Shown here one piece after another: positions 48,831-56,715 of a stretch of 64,000 nt of DNA (its first letter is position 1; each line of letters starts with the position of its first letter). The position numbers were made by a program, and so were the translations under genes. A model generated the notes under the pieces. The model was not told the DNA's origin. It searched no databases and worked only from the letters and a program-made list of their open reading frames with translations. The stretch lies in the IMG/VR virus record IMGVR_UViG_3300042289_001232; one strand, written 5' to 3'. This DNA comes from an uncultured virus (IMG/VR IMGVR_UViG_3300042289_001232) (lineage: Duplodnaviria; Heunggongvirae; Uroviricota; Caudoviricetes).

Positions 48831-49444
48831 TAAAAATCTCCCCCATCAATCACTATTGGTATTTCAGGTATTTGAAGAACTGGAAGATCATCTACAACCT
48901 GTGTATCTAAATTTTCATCAGGAAACTGCGTCGAAAGGATTTCACTAATCAATTCCTGTTGTTGTGTTTGATATGCAAGTTTAGTACCGAGTTCAAAAGT
49001 TTCACTCGATGTGCCATTAACATCCGTGGCTGAAGAAAATACAGTATTTTGTAATAGAACGGCGGTTTCGTCTTTGTCAAGAGCGGACTCTTGCGCTTTC
49101 TCAATTTCTATTGAACTCATTTGTCCGTAGTTACCACCAAAAGCAAGTTTATCAGTTTCACTTGGTGGCGAAACTCCATAGGATACAAATTCTTTAGATC
49201 CATTAGTAGGAAATACCGACACAGTATTTGCTTCCACCAATTCCGGATTATCCAGAAGTTGGTCGTTTATGATCGCATCATCAAAAGTCGAAGGAACACG
49301 GATATTTGGTGACTCAGCAAGACCTATAAACTCAGGCATCTTCACATTCAATTCAGAAGGAACTTCAACTCCATTCACCTTAAGTTTCGGAGTTTCATCT
49401 TTCGTTTGAGGTTTAGGCTTTTTATATGGGACTGGACCAATCAT
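48830..49444 (-). CDS. Hypothetical acidic protein
   Basis: ORF coupled between gp5 and the next gene. Ends in IDGGDF. Confidence 0.6.
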   Translation of the reverse strand: MIGPVPYKKPKPQTKDETPKLKVNGVEVPSELNVKMPEFIGLAESPNIRVPSTFDDAIINDQLLDNPELVEANTVSVFPTNGSKEFVSYGVSPPSETDKLAFGGNYGQMSSIEIEKAQESALDKDETAVLLQNTVFSSATDVNGTSSETFELGTKLAYQTQQQELISEILSTQFPDENLDTQVVDDLPVLQIPEIPIVIDGGDF

Positions 49445-49446
49445 GT

Positions 49447-50550
49447 TTAATTCCTACTGAATACTTTTTTAACCGTACTTCTTAATTTTGCAAGAAGTGT
49501 CTTGATTCTACCGGCTGATGCGCCTTGCGGATTTAAATCTATTCTTGGTGCAACAAAAAGCATCTTTCCGTCGCTGGCAACTGTGTATTTTCCATTCACC
49601 TTATGAAGAAAGTTACCTTGAGTCTCCATGACCGTATTTCCTTTCACAAGAACACGCATCTCGCCCTCTGTCTCTATCTCTAGATCCTTACCGACACGGA
49701 TCTTGAGTAATTTATCAGAATTTAATGTGGTATTTCCCCGAACAAGAATCAATCTATCATTTAGGGTTATGTTCCACTCATTTCCAACTACCTTATGTAC
49801 CTCACTACCATTAGGATGAACTTCATTGAATGTACCTGACTTATGATAATTATGTATCCGTTCTGCTCCAGGAGTATCGTCTACCTCAAACACATGTCCC
49901 GATTTTGTCTCTGTCACATGGTTATTAGGATAAACTGCGGCATAAGGTGTTATAGGCTCTTGCCAATATCCATATAGCGCAGTATCACACTCAACAACTT
50001 CATCTTTCTTTTTTTTGACAATAGTCCACTCAACATTTTCGTTTCTAACTAATCTGTTCGTGTCTGGTTCATTCATTCTTCCTTCAATAGGATAGAACCC
50101 ATTCGGATCCCTAAATCCAGCAGAATTATTCATAAGACTATTCTTCTTTGGCCCCATACCAAGGTCGTTGTATGGAACATCCGGCAAAGAAGATTGAGAT
50201 TGACTGTTGTTTTTTAATACATCTGGTTTTTGTATTCCCCCATATGAACCTAGAACAAATGGCTGTTGTGCATTTTTTCCGTCTAAGAAGAATCCTATAA
50301 CCCAAGAACCCGGAAGTATTCCGGTTGGTGAAGTTCCTATTCCTGTCATCGCAGCACTTGTAATAGGCTGTAAAACCATTGCCCAAGGAAGATCATTCGT
50401 GGGAATTCCATATTCAGTTTTATTGTCCGTGTGCCATCCAAGCACACGCACACGAACACGACCCATTTTTTGGGGGTCGTTCACATCTTCGATTACACCA
50501 TGCCACCAAACAAACTTATCCAAACCAACATAATCATGTGTATCGCTCAT
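49447..50550 (-). CDS. gp5: Baseplate hub/central spike protein, no lysozyme domain
   Basis: OB-fold WWHGVIEDVNDP..MGRVRVRVLGWH, LPWA, GFFLDG..AQQP; YPNNHV.ETKSGH..EVDDTPGAERI...HKSGT; beta-helix repeats. Confidence 0.92.
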   Translation of the reverse strand: MSDTHDYVGLDKFVWWHGVIEDVNDPQKMGRVRVRVLGWHTDNKTEYGIPTNDLPWAMVLQPITSAAMTGIGTSPTGILPGSWVIGFFLDGKNAQQPFVLGSYGGIQKPDVLKNNSQSQSSLPDVPYNDLGMGPKKNSLMNNSAGFRDPNGFYPIEGRMNEPDTNRLVRNENVEWTIVKKKKDEVVECDTALYGYWQEPITPYAAVYPNNHVTETKSGHVFEVDDTPGAERIHNYHKSGTFNEVHPNGSEVHKVVGNEWNITLNDRLILVRGNTTLNSDKLLKIRVGKDLEIETEGEMRVLVKGNTVMETQGNFLHKVNGKYTVASDGKMLFVAPRIDLNPQGASAGRIKTLLAKLRSTVKKVFSRN

Positions 50551-51881
50551 TTTAAAGTCTTCTCTTTCTTATCTGGTAACTCTTCATTGTAAGTGTCACG
50601 GGCAATAGTTACTCTCATGGTGTGTATTCCATCTGTTACATTGTGCATGATTGCAGTCACCATATACTTACCCGACAAATACCTATCGAGATAATCATCC
50701 TTGTTTTTGCTATATTCCTGTGTAAAGAACTCTAAGTCTACCATCTGACCAACTCTCATAGTTGAGTCTCCGTAGACATCTATCGTCATAGTCATAGAAT
50801 TCATCTGATTTAGTAAAGATTGTCTATACGGTGACTTATCAATAAATGATGAATCGTCTAAATTATCATAAACAAAATAAGACTTATCATAGTACTTAAG
50901 GTAAGAGTTTGGTGTGCTTTGGGTTTTACTATCGTAGGGTATCATTCTCCCTTTATTCATATGAGGTGTATCATTAAATGCATCTCTGTATGAAAAATTG
51001 TTTGAGTAATATGATTTAGTTGTAACTTCATGTACAAGTATATTAGATGAATACACACCAAGTCTACTCTCTCGTATTTTATCTCCCATATCACGAATGC
51101 TGTAAGAACTGATGTTTCTTAGTTCTGATTCTATCATCCGATCTCCACTTTTTGCTCGGAATCCGCTTGGTGCGGATTTATATGTGCAAACTGCTGGTGC
51201 TTGTTTCAAAGCAGAAATAGGTGTAAAGTTGAAACCATCTAGAGTTTCATAAAATAAGTAGTCGCATATCTGTCTATTACTTGGTGATACGGACCTATTT
51301 GCAAACCAATTAATAGCATACAAAGGAGACCAATTGGTCAGCAATACTGTTGTTTTACCATAAGTATCATTTATACTGATTGGTGGTAGAGAGGGATCAA
51401 TTTTTGTCAAATCTCCATGTAGAGTATTCACCATCTCAGAAAATTTCATATTTCTCATAACACGATTGAATTTTAATTGTGACGATAGTTCAGCGATGTG
51501 ACTTATAAATTCTAATCGTATCGCCACAGTTATACTTCCCTCGCCTCGGATGTATGATGATACCTTGTACACTTTAAATCTAACCCTTCTAGGTTTATCA
51601 TCTAATCCAGGAGTATAAAATGTGATATACAAATCTTCTTGACCAATAATTGGAAAATTTTTCACCAGGTTCATTGAATCCGGAAATACCAAAGACCCCG
51701 ATAAACAATTTGAATAAATGTCTTCATATATGGTGAAGTCACCAACTATTTTTCGCAAGTCCAATTCAAATCCCGTATATGATACAAGTTTGATCTCATC
51801 TACAATGACATCTCCTGCATTCATCAATTTATCGGGCGATTTACTTTTACTCACCAAAAACCCTCCGCATATCCTTAACAA
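50547..51881 (-). CDS. Baseplate hub protein (gp27-like tail protein); start may be TTG/GTG near 51854-51857
   Basis: IYEDIYSNCLSG, FPIIGQE, YLFYETLDGFNF, GDSTMRVGQMV, LSGKYMVTAIMH. Lies between gp53 and gp5. Confidence 0.75.
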   Translation of the reverse strand: MLRICGGFLVSKSKSPDKLMNAGDVIVDEIKLVSYTGFELDLRKIVGDFTIYEDIYSNCLSGSLVFPDSMNLVKNFPIIGQEDLYITFYTPGLDDKPRRVRFKVYKVSSYIRGEGSITVAIRLEFISHIAELSSQLKFNRVMRNMKFSEMVNTLHGDLTKIDPSLPPISINDTYGKTTVLLTNWSPLYAINWFANRSVSPSNRQICDYLFYETLDGFNFTPISALKQAPAVCTYKSAPSGFRAKSGDRMIESELRNISSYSIRDMGDKIRESRLGVYSSNILVHEVTTKSYYSNNFSYRDAFNDTPHMNKGRMIPYDSKTQSTPNSYLKYYDKSYFVYDNLDDSSFIDKSPYRQSLLNQMNSMTMTIDVYGDSTMRVGQMVDLEFFTQEYSKNKDDYLDRYLSGKYMVTAIMHNVTDGIHTMRVTIARDTYNEELPDKKEKTLK

Positions 51882-52740
51882 CTATATCCAGCATCTCGGG
51901 CCTTAGCATTTTAATAGTTCTCAGGCTCTCGTTTCTTCTAACCTCATGCTCATAGTTAGTTACTACCCTAATTGTACTCCCTGCAAGAGAGAAAACATCT
52001 ATTCCTTTTGTGGCATATCGATCAAGAATACTAGTTTGAATTAGTTCTCCTGATTCCGAAGATAACAGCGAGTGATGGTCAACCATCATACCATCATCAA
52101 CATTTTCAAAATGATGAACAGCATTCACATTATCGCTAATATATCTGCCTAGTGGAGCATATATGTAAACACCGTCACTTCTTCCGTGTATAAGATCTCT
52201 AGTTTCATTTGTGACGCTATCAACATTTTCTGTTGGTGTGAATGATTCTCCTGTAATATTTTCCTCAATAACAATTTTGTATAAATCAGGATCCCAAGAT
52301 TTAACGATACCGACAACACCATCTTTAACCAATGTTTGTCCCGGTTCGTACCACAATTCTTCGTTGGCTTGTGCTGCTGGTCCAACTGAACTTCCATAAT
52401 AAGTTCTTTTGCTGTCTATAATGAGAGTTCTTCCCTTGTATTTTTCTTGAACAACTCTCTGTAAATCTTGCGATGAGATCGGCCACTCAAATAACGGATT
52501 AATTATCTCATTGAACAAAAGTATTATCCAATGTAAATCAGATCTACCATATACACGATTAGCCAATGTATCTGGTCTCTCCCCATCTCTTATGACATAA
52601 GTCAAATATGAAGACTGTGTGTTTTTTACATATTCAAGAAACTTAGCCCTAACCAATATGTTTTTTGCATTCACAACCTTTGTCTTTCCATTGACCTTTA
52701 TTGGATAATTGATAACTGGCATGTTTGCGAAATAAGACAT
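51847..52740 (-). CDS. gp53: Baseplate wedge protein
   Basis: MSYFANMP.I.Y, YVIRDGERPDTLANRVYG...LHWIILLFN.I.NP..EWP, VTNYEHE...NESLRTIKML. Confidence 0.92.
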   Translation of the reverse strand: MSYFANMPVINYPIKVNGKTKVVNAKNILVRAKFLEYVKNTQSSYLTYVIRDGERPDTLANRVYGRSDLHWIILLFNEIINPLFEWPISSQDLQRVVQEKYKGRTLIIDSKRTYYGSSVGPAAQANEELWYEPGQTLVKDGVVGIVKSWDPDLYKIVIEENITGESFTPTENVDSVTNETRDLIHGRSDGVYIYAPLGRYISDNVNAVHHFENVDDGMMVDHHSLLSSESGELIQTSILDRYATKGIDVFSLAGSTIRVVTNYEHEVRRNESLRTIKMLRPEMLDIVVKDMRRVFGE

Positions 52741-52743
52741 CTA

Positions 52744-53898
52744 TTATGCCCCCTGTTCAGTTATACTTTGCTGAGTCAAAAGTTCAAGTTCGCTAAACTC
52801 AAGATCAAGAATAATTTTTGTCGGTGATATTTTACCCTGTGAATCCTTGATTGTTCCAGTGAAAACACTTTCGCCGTAAGATAAATTGATTGATGTTAAT
52901 GCACACTTTCTTATTTTAGGAATTCTTAGGTTGTCATTGCCGCCATGAAGAAATGCAATGTCGAACTCGGCAGGAAAATCTAAAAATCTCCCACCCTCTG
53001 ATCTTTTTGGGTGACCATACTTTCTAAATGTGGTAACAATATTTTCTATAGTTTGGGCTTCTTTTTCCGACTTTGGAATCATGGTGAATGAGAAACTAAA
53101 TGTTCTTCTTCCAACTCCCTTGAACAAATGAACTACGAATGGATTTGTTACTTGTCTATCCATTGCCTGTTGATTTTTTGTGAATACATCCCTACCACCT
53201 ACTAATTCAAGAACATCTTCACCGACTTTGATTGCGGACATCCCCATTTTTCTGGCAATTTCCGCTTGTGCTACAGAACCTGATCCTGTTTGTGTTTCTG
53301 TTAGGCTTCTCAATCCCCTTAGAATATCAAGTGAAGTAAGATCAGCATCTTCATATTCAAATCTATGCTTAATTGAAATATTTCCTGGCAAATACATGTA
53401 AACGCTAGCCTCATATTCCGTAAGATTTGAAAGTCCTGTGGTTTCCTCCACGAAAGAGTCTCTAGTTCTACCTTGCTGTCCAGTATTCGGTATACCGCTT
53501 CCGTTATACCCACCAAAGGCTGATGTCGCAGTTCCTAATATGGCCTCTCCAGCAGATCCAGCAAGGCTCACGAATTGACCCACACTCAGGCTTCCACCGG
53601 CATCTACGACGCTTTGTTGAACTGCCGAATAGAGAGCGTTTTGTCTACTTCTCTGTTGCGATAAAGTTGCTCCTCCAGTGATATAGATATCAAATCTAAT
53701 CATAAACTGATGTTCTGGATTTTCACCTAGATCGATTGGATAGCACAACAAGGGGGGAGATGTTCTTTCTGTGCTATTCAAAGTTCTTTCGAATACATCT
53801 CTATCCGTAGAGAATGAAAGGTCGCTACTTATGCTGTTGGCATCAAAATTACCAAACGCTTCATTGTAACTTATTGAGGGTGGTTGATAGATAGGCAT
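52744..53898 (-). CDS. gp48: Baseplate tail-tube cap (likely start ATG 53898)
   Basis: YPIDL, YMYLPGNI, NP....LFKGVGRRTFSFSFTMIPKSEKEA, P.EFDI.F, CALTSINLSY, LEFSELELLT. Confidence 0.85.
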   Translation of the reverse strand: MPIYQPPSISYNEAFGNFDANSISSDLSFSTDRDVFERTLNSTERTSPPLLCYPIDLGENPEHQFMIRFDIYITGGATLSQQRSRQNALYSAVQQSVVDAGGSLSVGQFVSLAGSAGEAILGTATSAFGGYNGSGIPNTGQQGRTRDSFVEETTGLSNLTEYEASVYMYLPGNISIKHRFEYEDADLTSLDILRGLRSLTETQTGSGSVAQAEIARKMGMSAIKVGEDVLELVGGRDVFTKNQQAMDRQVTNPFVVHLFKGVGRRTFSFSFTMIPKSEKEAQTIENIVTTFRKYGHPKRSEGGRFLDFPAEFDIAFLHGGNDNLRIPKIRKCALTSINLSYGESVFTGTIKDSQGKISPTKIILDLEFSELELLTQQSITEQGA

Positions 53899-53903
53899 AT
53901 GCT

Positions 53904-53930
53904 TATTTAGTGGGAAAGTAATCATAAATA
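53904..53930. promoter_or_regulatory. Back-to-back divergent late promoter motifs
   Basis: CTAAATA on minus (53910-53904) toward gp48 and ATAAATA on plus (53924-53930) toward gp4. Confidence 0.75.
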
Positions 53931-53937
53931 ACTAATA

Positions 53938-54426
53938 ATGAAGGGGGATAAAATTCGTCGCTCTAACTCAAGTTACAAAGGACTCTATAGGCCAAAAAAT
54001 ACTCACAAATACCGAGGTGATGTAACTGCTTGCTTCTATCGGTCTTTGTGGGAAAGGAGGTTCATGGTTTTTTGCGATGAAAACTCATCTGTGATCGAGT
54101 GGTCTTCAGAGGAAGTGATAGTTCCATACGTTTCTCCAATCGACGGAAAATTCCACAGGTATTTTGTAGATTTTTATGTAAAAGTGAAATCTACAGATGA
54201 AAAGACCAAAGTCTACTTAATAGAAGTTAAACCCAAATCTCAGACTAAACAACCAGAACCCCCAAAAACAAAGAAAACATCTAAATCGAAGATAGCGGAG
54301 ATGCGTAACTGGATTATCAACAACGCTAAATGGTCGGCGGCGAGGTCATTGTGTGAGGATAAGGGGTGGGAATTTAAAATTCTGACAGAAGAAAATCTAT
54401 TTTCGGGTTCAGGAGAAGGATTATGA
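53938..54426 (+). CDS. gp4: Head completion nuclease
   Basis: YKG.YRPKN..KYRGD, YRSLWERRFM.FCD, WSSEE..VPY.SP.DGK.HRYFVDF, IEVKP, N.AKW.AA. Confidence 0.95.
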   Translation: MKGDKIRRSNSSYKGLYRPKNTHKYRGDVTACFYRSLWERRFMVFCDENSSVIEWSSEEVIVPYVSPIDGKFHRYFVDFYVKVKSTDEKTKVYLIEVKPKSQTKQPEPPKTKKTSKSKIAEMRNWIINNAKWSAARSLCEDKGWEFKILTEENLFSGSGEGL

Positions 54427-55025
54427 GTAAAAAAGAAGTCCAAAAGGTACTAAACCAGTTTAGAAAAAGTGGAAAAGACATACAGTCTGACCAAGCAACG
54501 AGGTGGCTAGCGCAAAACCTCGGAAAAATTCAGACTCAAATGAGGTCTGAAAACTTTAATCGTGACAACCCGTCTGTAAAAAAACCCGGAAATATAAAAG
54601 AAGGATCCATGATATTTTTCGGATATGATCCGAAAACAAAAGCAACTCTGCCCTTTTGGGATGCGTTCCCACTTGCAGTTTTAATAGACAAAAGTAAAGA
54701 TAGTTTATTAGGGCTAAACTTGCACTATCTCAGTCCAAATATTAGATGGGTCTTCTTGAATCAACTTCTACGATTCACCAACAATCCAGAATATGCAAAA
54801 ACCCCACCGGCAAATTTTACAATAGACTATCCTCAACTTAAAGCAATAAAGTCCTTTAAACCGTTTAGGGCAGCGATCAAACGATACTACATCAAATCTA
54901 TAATGACAGAGATCAACGTAATTCCATCGAACGAGTGGAAATATACAACATTCATGCCCTTAGATAAATTCAAAGGGGCAAGTAGAGAAGAAGTTTGGAA
55001 ATGGTCGAATAAATACTCTAGTTAA
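54423..55025 (+). CDS. gp2: DNA end protector protein
   Basis: G.MIFFGYDPKTKATLPFWDAFPL, LGLNLHYL, IKRY, EW.....MP...F. Confidence 0.92.
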   Translation: MSKKEVQKVLNQFRKSGKDIQSDQATRWLAQNLGKIQTQMRSENFNRDNPSVKKPGNIKEGSMIFFGYDPKTKATLPFWDAFPLAVLIDKSKDSLLGLNLHYLSPNIRWVFLNQLLRFTNNPEYAKTPPANFTIDYPQLKAIKSFKPFRAAIKRYYIKSIMTEINVIPSNEWKYTTFMPLDKFKGASREEVWKWSNKYSS

Positions 55026-55026
55026 C

Positions 55027-55764
55027 ATGCCTGAAAGAAACTTCATAGACAATCTAATTGGACAAATGCGAGTAAAGGGTTTCGCCAGACCCAACCGCTG
55101 GATTGTTATAATCGATCTTGATGCGAATCTTGCAACAAATCTGGGATTTTCCAAAGCGGCTATAGTTAGGAGACTAGCAACGACTTGCAACTCTGTTTCT
55201 ATTCCCAATAAGTCTTTCTACACACATGAGTTGAATGTATCTTATCCATCTACTCTGATTCCTTACGCAGTATCAACAAATAACCAAAGCGGTGCATCAA
55301 TTGAGTTTAATGTTTTAGCAGATATGTTTGAGAAAGATGTGTTTGAAAATTGGCAAAATCAAATCATAGATCCTATTACCAAACAAGTTAATTTCTACGA
55401 CAAATATGCAAAGAATTCCTCTGTTGTGATAGTTGAGTTACCCAATTCCATCAAGGATCTTGAAGAGGGGATTGGTTATTCATACAACCAAAACGCATCT
55501 GGAATAAGACTCACAGAGATATATCCATACAATCTGAGCGTCAATAATGGAACACAGTCATATGATCAAACAACAGATGCATTAAAGATAAAAGTAGACT
55601 TCATGTATAGAGAAATCACAAAAATATCTCAACCAAGAATCAGCAATATAAACGAAGGTTTATATCTTGTCGATGAAAACGGAAATAACATGGAAATACG
55701 AAGACTATTAACACAAGGATTAACTTTTATATCTCAAGGACAAGGGTTCCTTGGACAACTGTGA
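55027..55764 (+). CDS. gp54: Baseplate tail-tube initiator (gp19-fold)
   Basis: GFARPNRW, CNSVSIP, FENWQNQIIDP, FYDKY, L.EIYP, VDFMYR. Late motif ATAAATA at 55009-55015. Confidence 0.75.
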   Translation: MPERNFIDNLIGQMRVKGFARPNRWIVIIDLDANLATNLGFSKAAIVRRLATTCNSVSIPNKSFYTHELNVSYPSTLIPYAVSTNNQSGASIEFNVLADMFEKDVFENWQNQIIDPITKQVNFYDKYAKNSSVVIVELPNSIKDLEEGIGYSYNQNASGIRLTEIYPYNLSVNNGTQSYDQTTDALKIKVDFMYREITKISQPRISNINEGLYLVDENGNNMEIRRLLTQGLTFISQGQGFLGQL

Positions 55765-55790
55765 AACCGAACTAAGGAGAATGAATTGAC

Positions 55791-56501
55791 ATGGGAAATT
55801 TAACGAATCTAATATCAACCACACCGACATATGAAACTGTTCTTCCGACTAGTAAACAAAGAATTTCATACCGTCCGTTTCTAGTCAAAGAAGAAAAAAT
55901 ACTTCTAATCGCATCAGAATCAAAAAACGAAAAAGAAATATCTAGAGCGATGAATGATGTTGTGAGTGCATGTACCTTCGGAAAGGTTAATATGCAAGAC
56001 TCTTCCATCATTGATATCGAATATCTATTTTTACAGATAAGAAGTAAATCGGTTGGCGAAACCACTAAACCTATGGTCAAGTGTAAAAAGTGCGAGGCAA
56101 CCAACGAAATTCAAATCGACTTGACAAAAATTCATCCCGTTACGAATTCAAATCACAACAGTAAAATTCAATTAACCGATAGTGTTATTGTTGAAATGAG
56201 ATATCCAAAATTTTCCGATATAGAAAAGTTACAAGACGCCAATACCGAGACACAAAAGTTGTTTACATTAATGTCATTATGCATTGATAAAATACACACA
56301 AAAAAGGGCACATTCAATTCAATTGATCTTGAAGAAAGTGAGATTATTGACTTTATAGATAATTTAACGCAAAATCAATTTAGAAAAATGACTGAGTTTT
56401 TTGAAACAATGCCGCAAATGAAATATGATGTGGATTACTCATGTGGTAAATGTGGAAACCGAGAAACCTTAAGTCTAAAAGGTGCCCAAGATTTTTTCTA
56501 A
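55791..56501 (+). CDS. gp26: Baseplate hub assembly protein
   Basis: PTYETVLP, YRPFLVKEEKILLIA, DIEYLFLQIRSKSVGE, CxxC motifs, FFETMP, ends G..DFF. Confidence 0.92.
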   Translation: MGNLTNLISTTPTYETVLPTSKQRISYRPFLVKEEKILLIASESKNEKEISRAMNDVVSACTFGKVNMQDSSIIDIEYLFLQIRSKSVGETTKPMVKCKKCEATNEIQIDLTKIHPVTNSNHNSKIQLTDSVIVEMRYPKFSDIEKLQDANTETQKLFTLMSLCIDKIHTKKGTFNSIDLEESEIIDFIDNLTQNQFRKMTEFFETMPQMKYDVDYSCGKCGNRETLSLKGAQDFF

Positions 56502-56689
56502 TTTCGACCTCCCATGATAGTCTGGTCAACTACTACGAAACTAACTTCGCTATGATTCAACACCACAAGTACTCACTTTCAGAATTAGAATCAATGATGC
56601 CGTGGGAGCGTCGAATTTACATAGAACTTCTAATACAACACCTAAAGGATGAAAAAGAAAGAATGGAAAATGAAAGTCGGAATAGATAA
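56450..56689 (+). CDS. gp51: Baseplate hub assembly catalyst; possibly expressed as a -1 frameshift extension of gp26
   Basis: HDSLVNYYETNFAMIQHHKYSLSELESMMPWERRIYIELL. Lies in the -1 frame relative to gp26. Confidence 0.85.
   Translation: MWKPRNLKSKRCPRFFLISTSHDSLVNYYETNFAMIQHHKYSLSELESMMPWERRIYIELLIQHLKDEKERMENESRNR
56492..56498 (+). other. Candidate -1 ribosomal frameshift slippery heptamer T TTT TTC
   Basis: GAT TTT TTC TAA at the end of gp26 matches X XXY YYZ. The -1 frame reads straight into gp51. Confidence 0.6.
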
Positions 56690-56715
56690 CTTGACAAGTC
56701 AGTAGGAATCCCCAG

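Noticed and set aside
3035..53401. Many 60-170 aa + strand ORFs antisense to structural genes (e.g. 3640..4083, 8501..9013, 11736..12137, 14468..14884, 18892..19347)
   Set aside because: They lie wholly opposite well-supported genes, lack SD and family motifs, and are the expected shadow ORFs.
9973..55764. Stop-codon reassignment, introns, inteins or homing endonucleases in core genes
   Set aside because: Core genes (gp17, gp18, gp20, gp23, gp6) are uninterrupted and of normal length under the standard code, with no HNH, GIY-YIG or LAGLIDADG-like ORFs seen.
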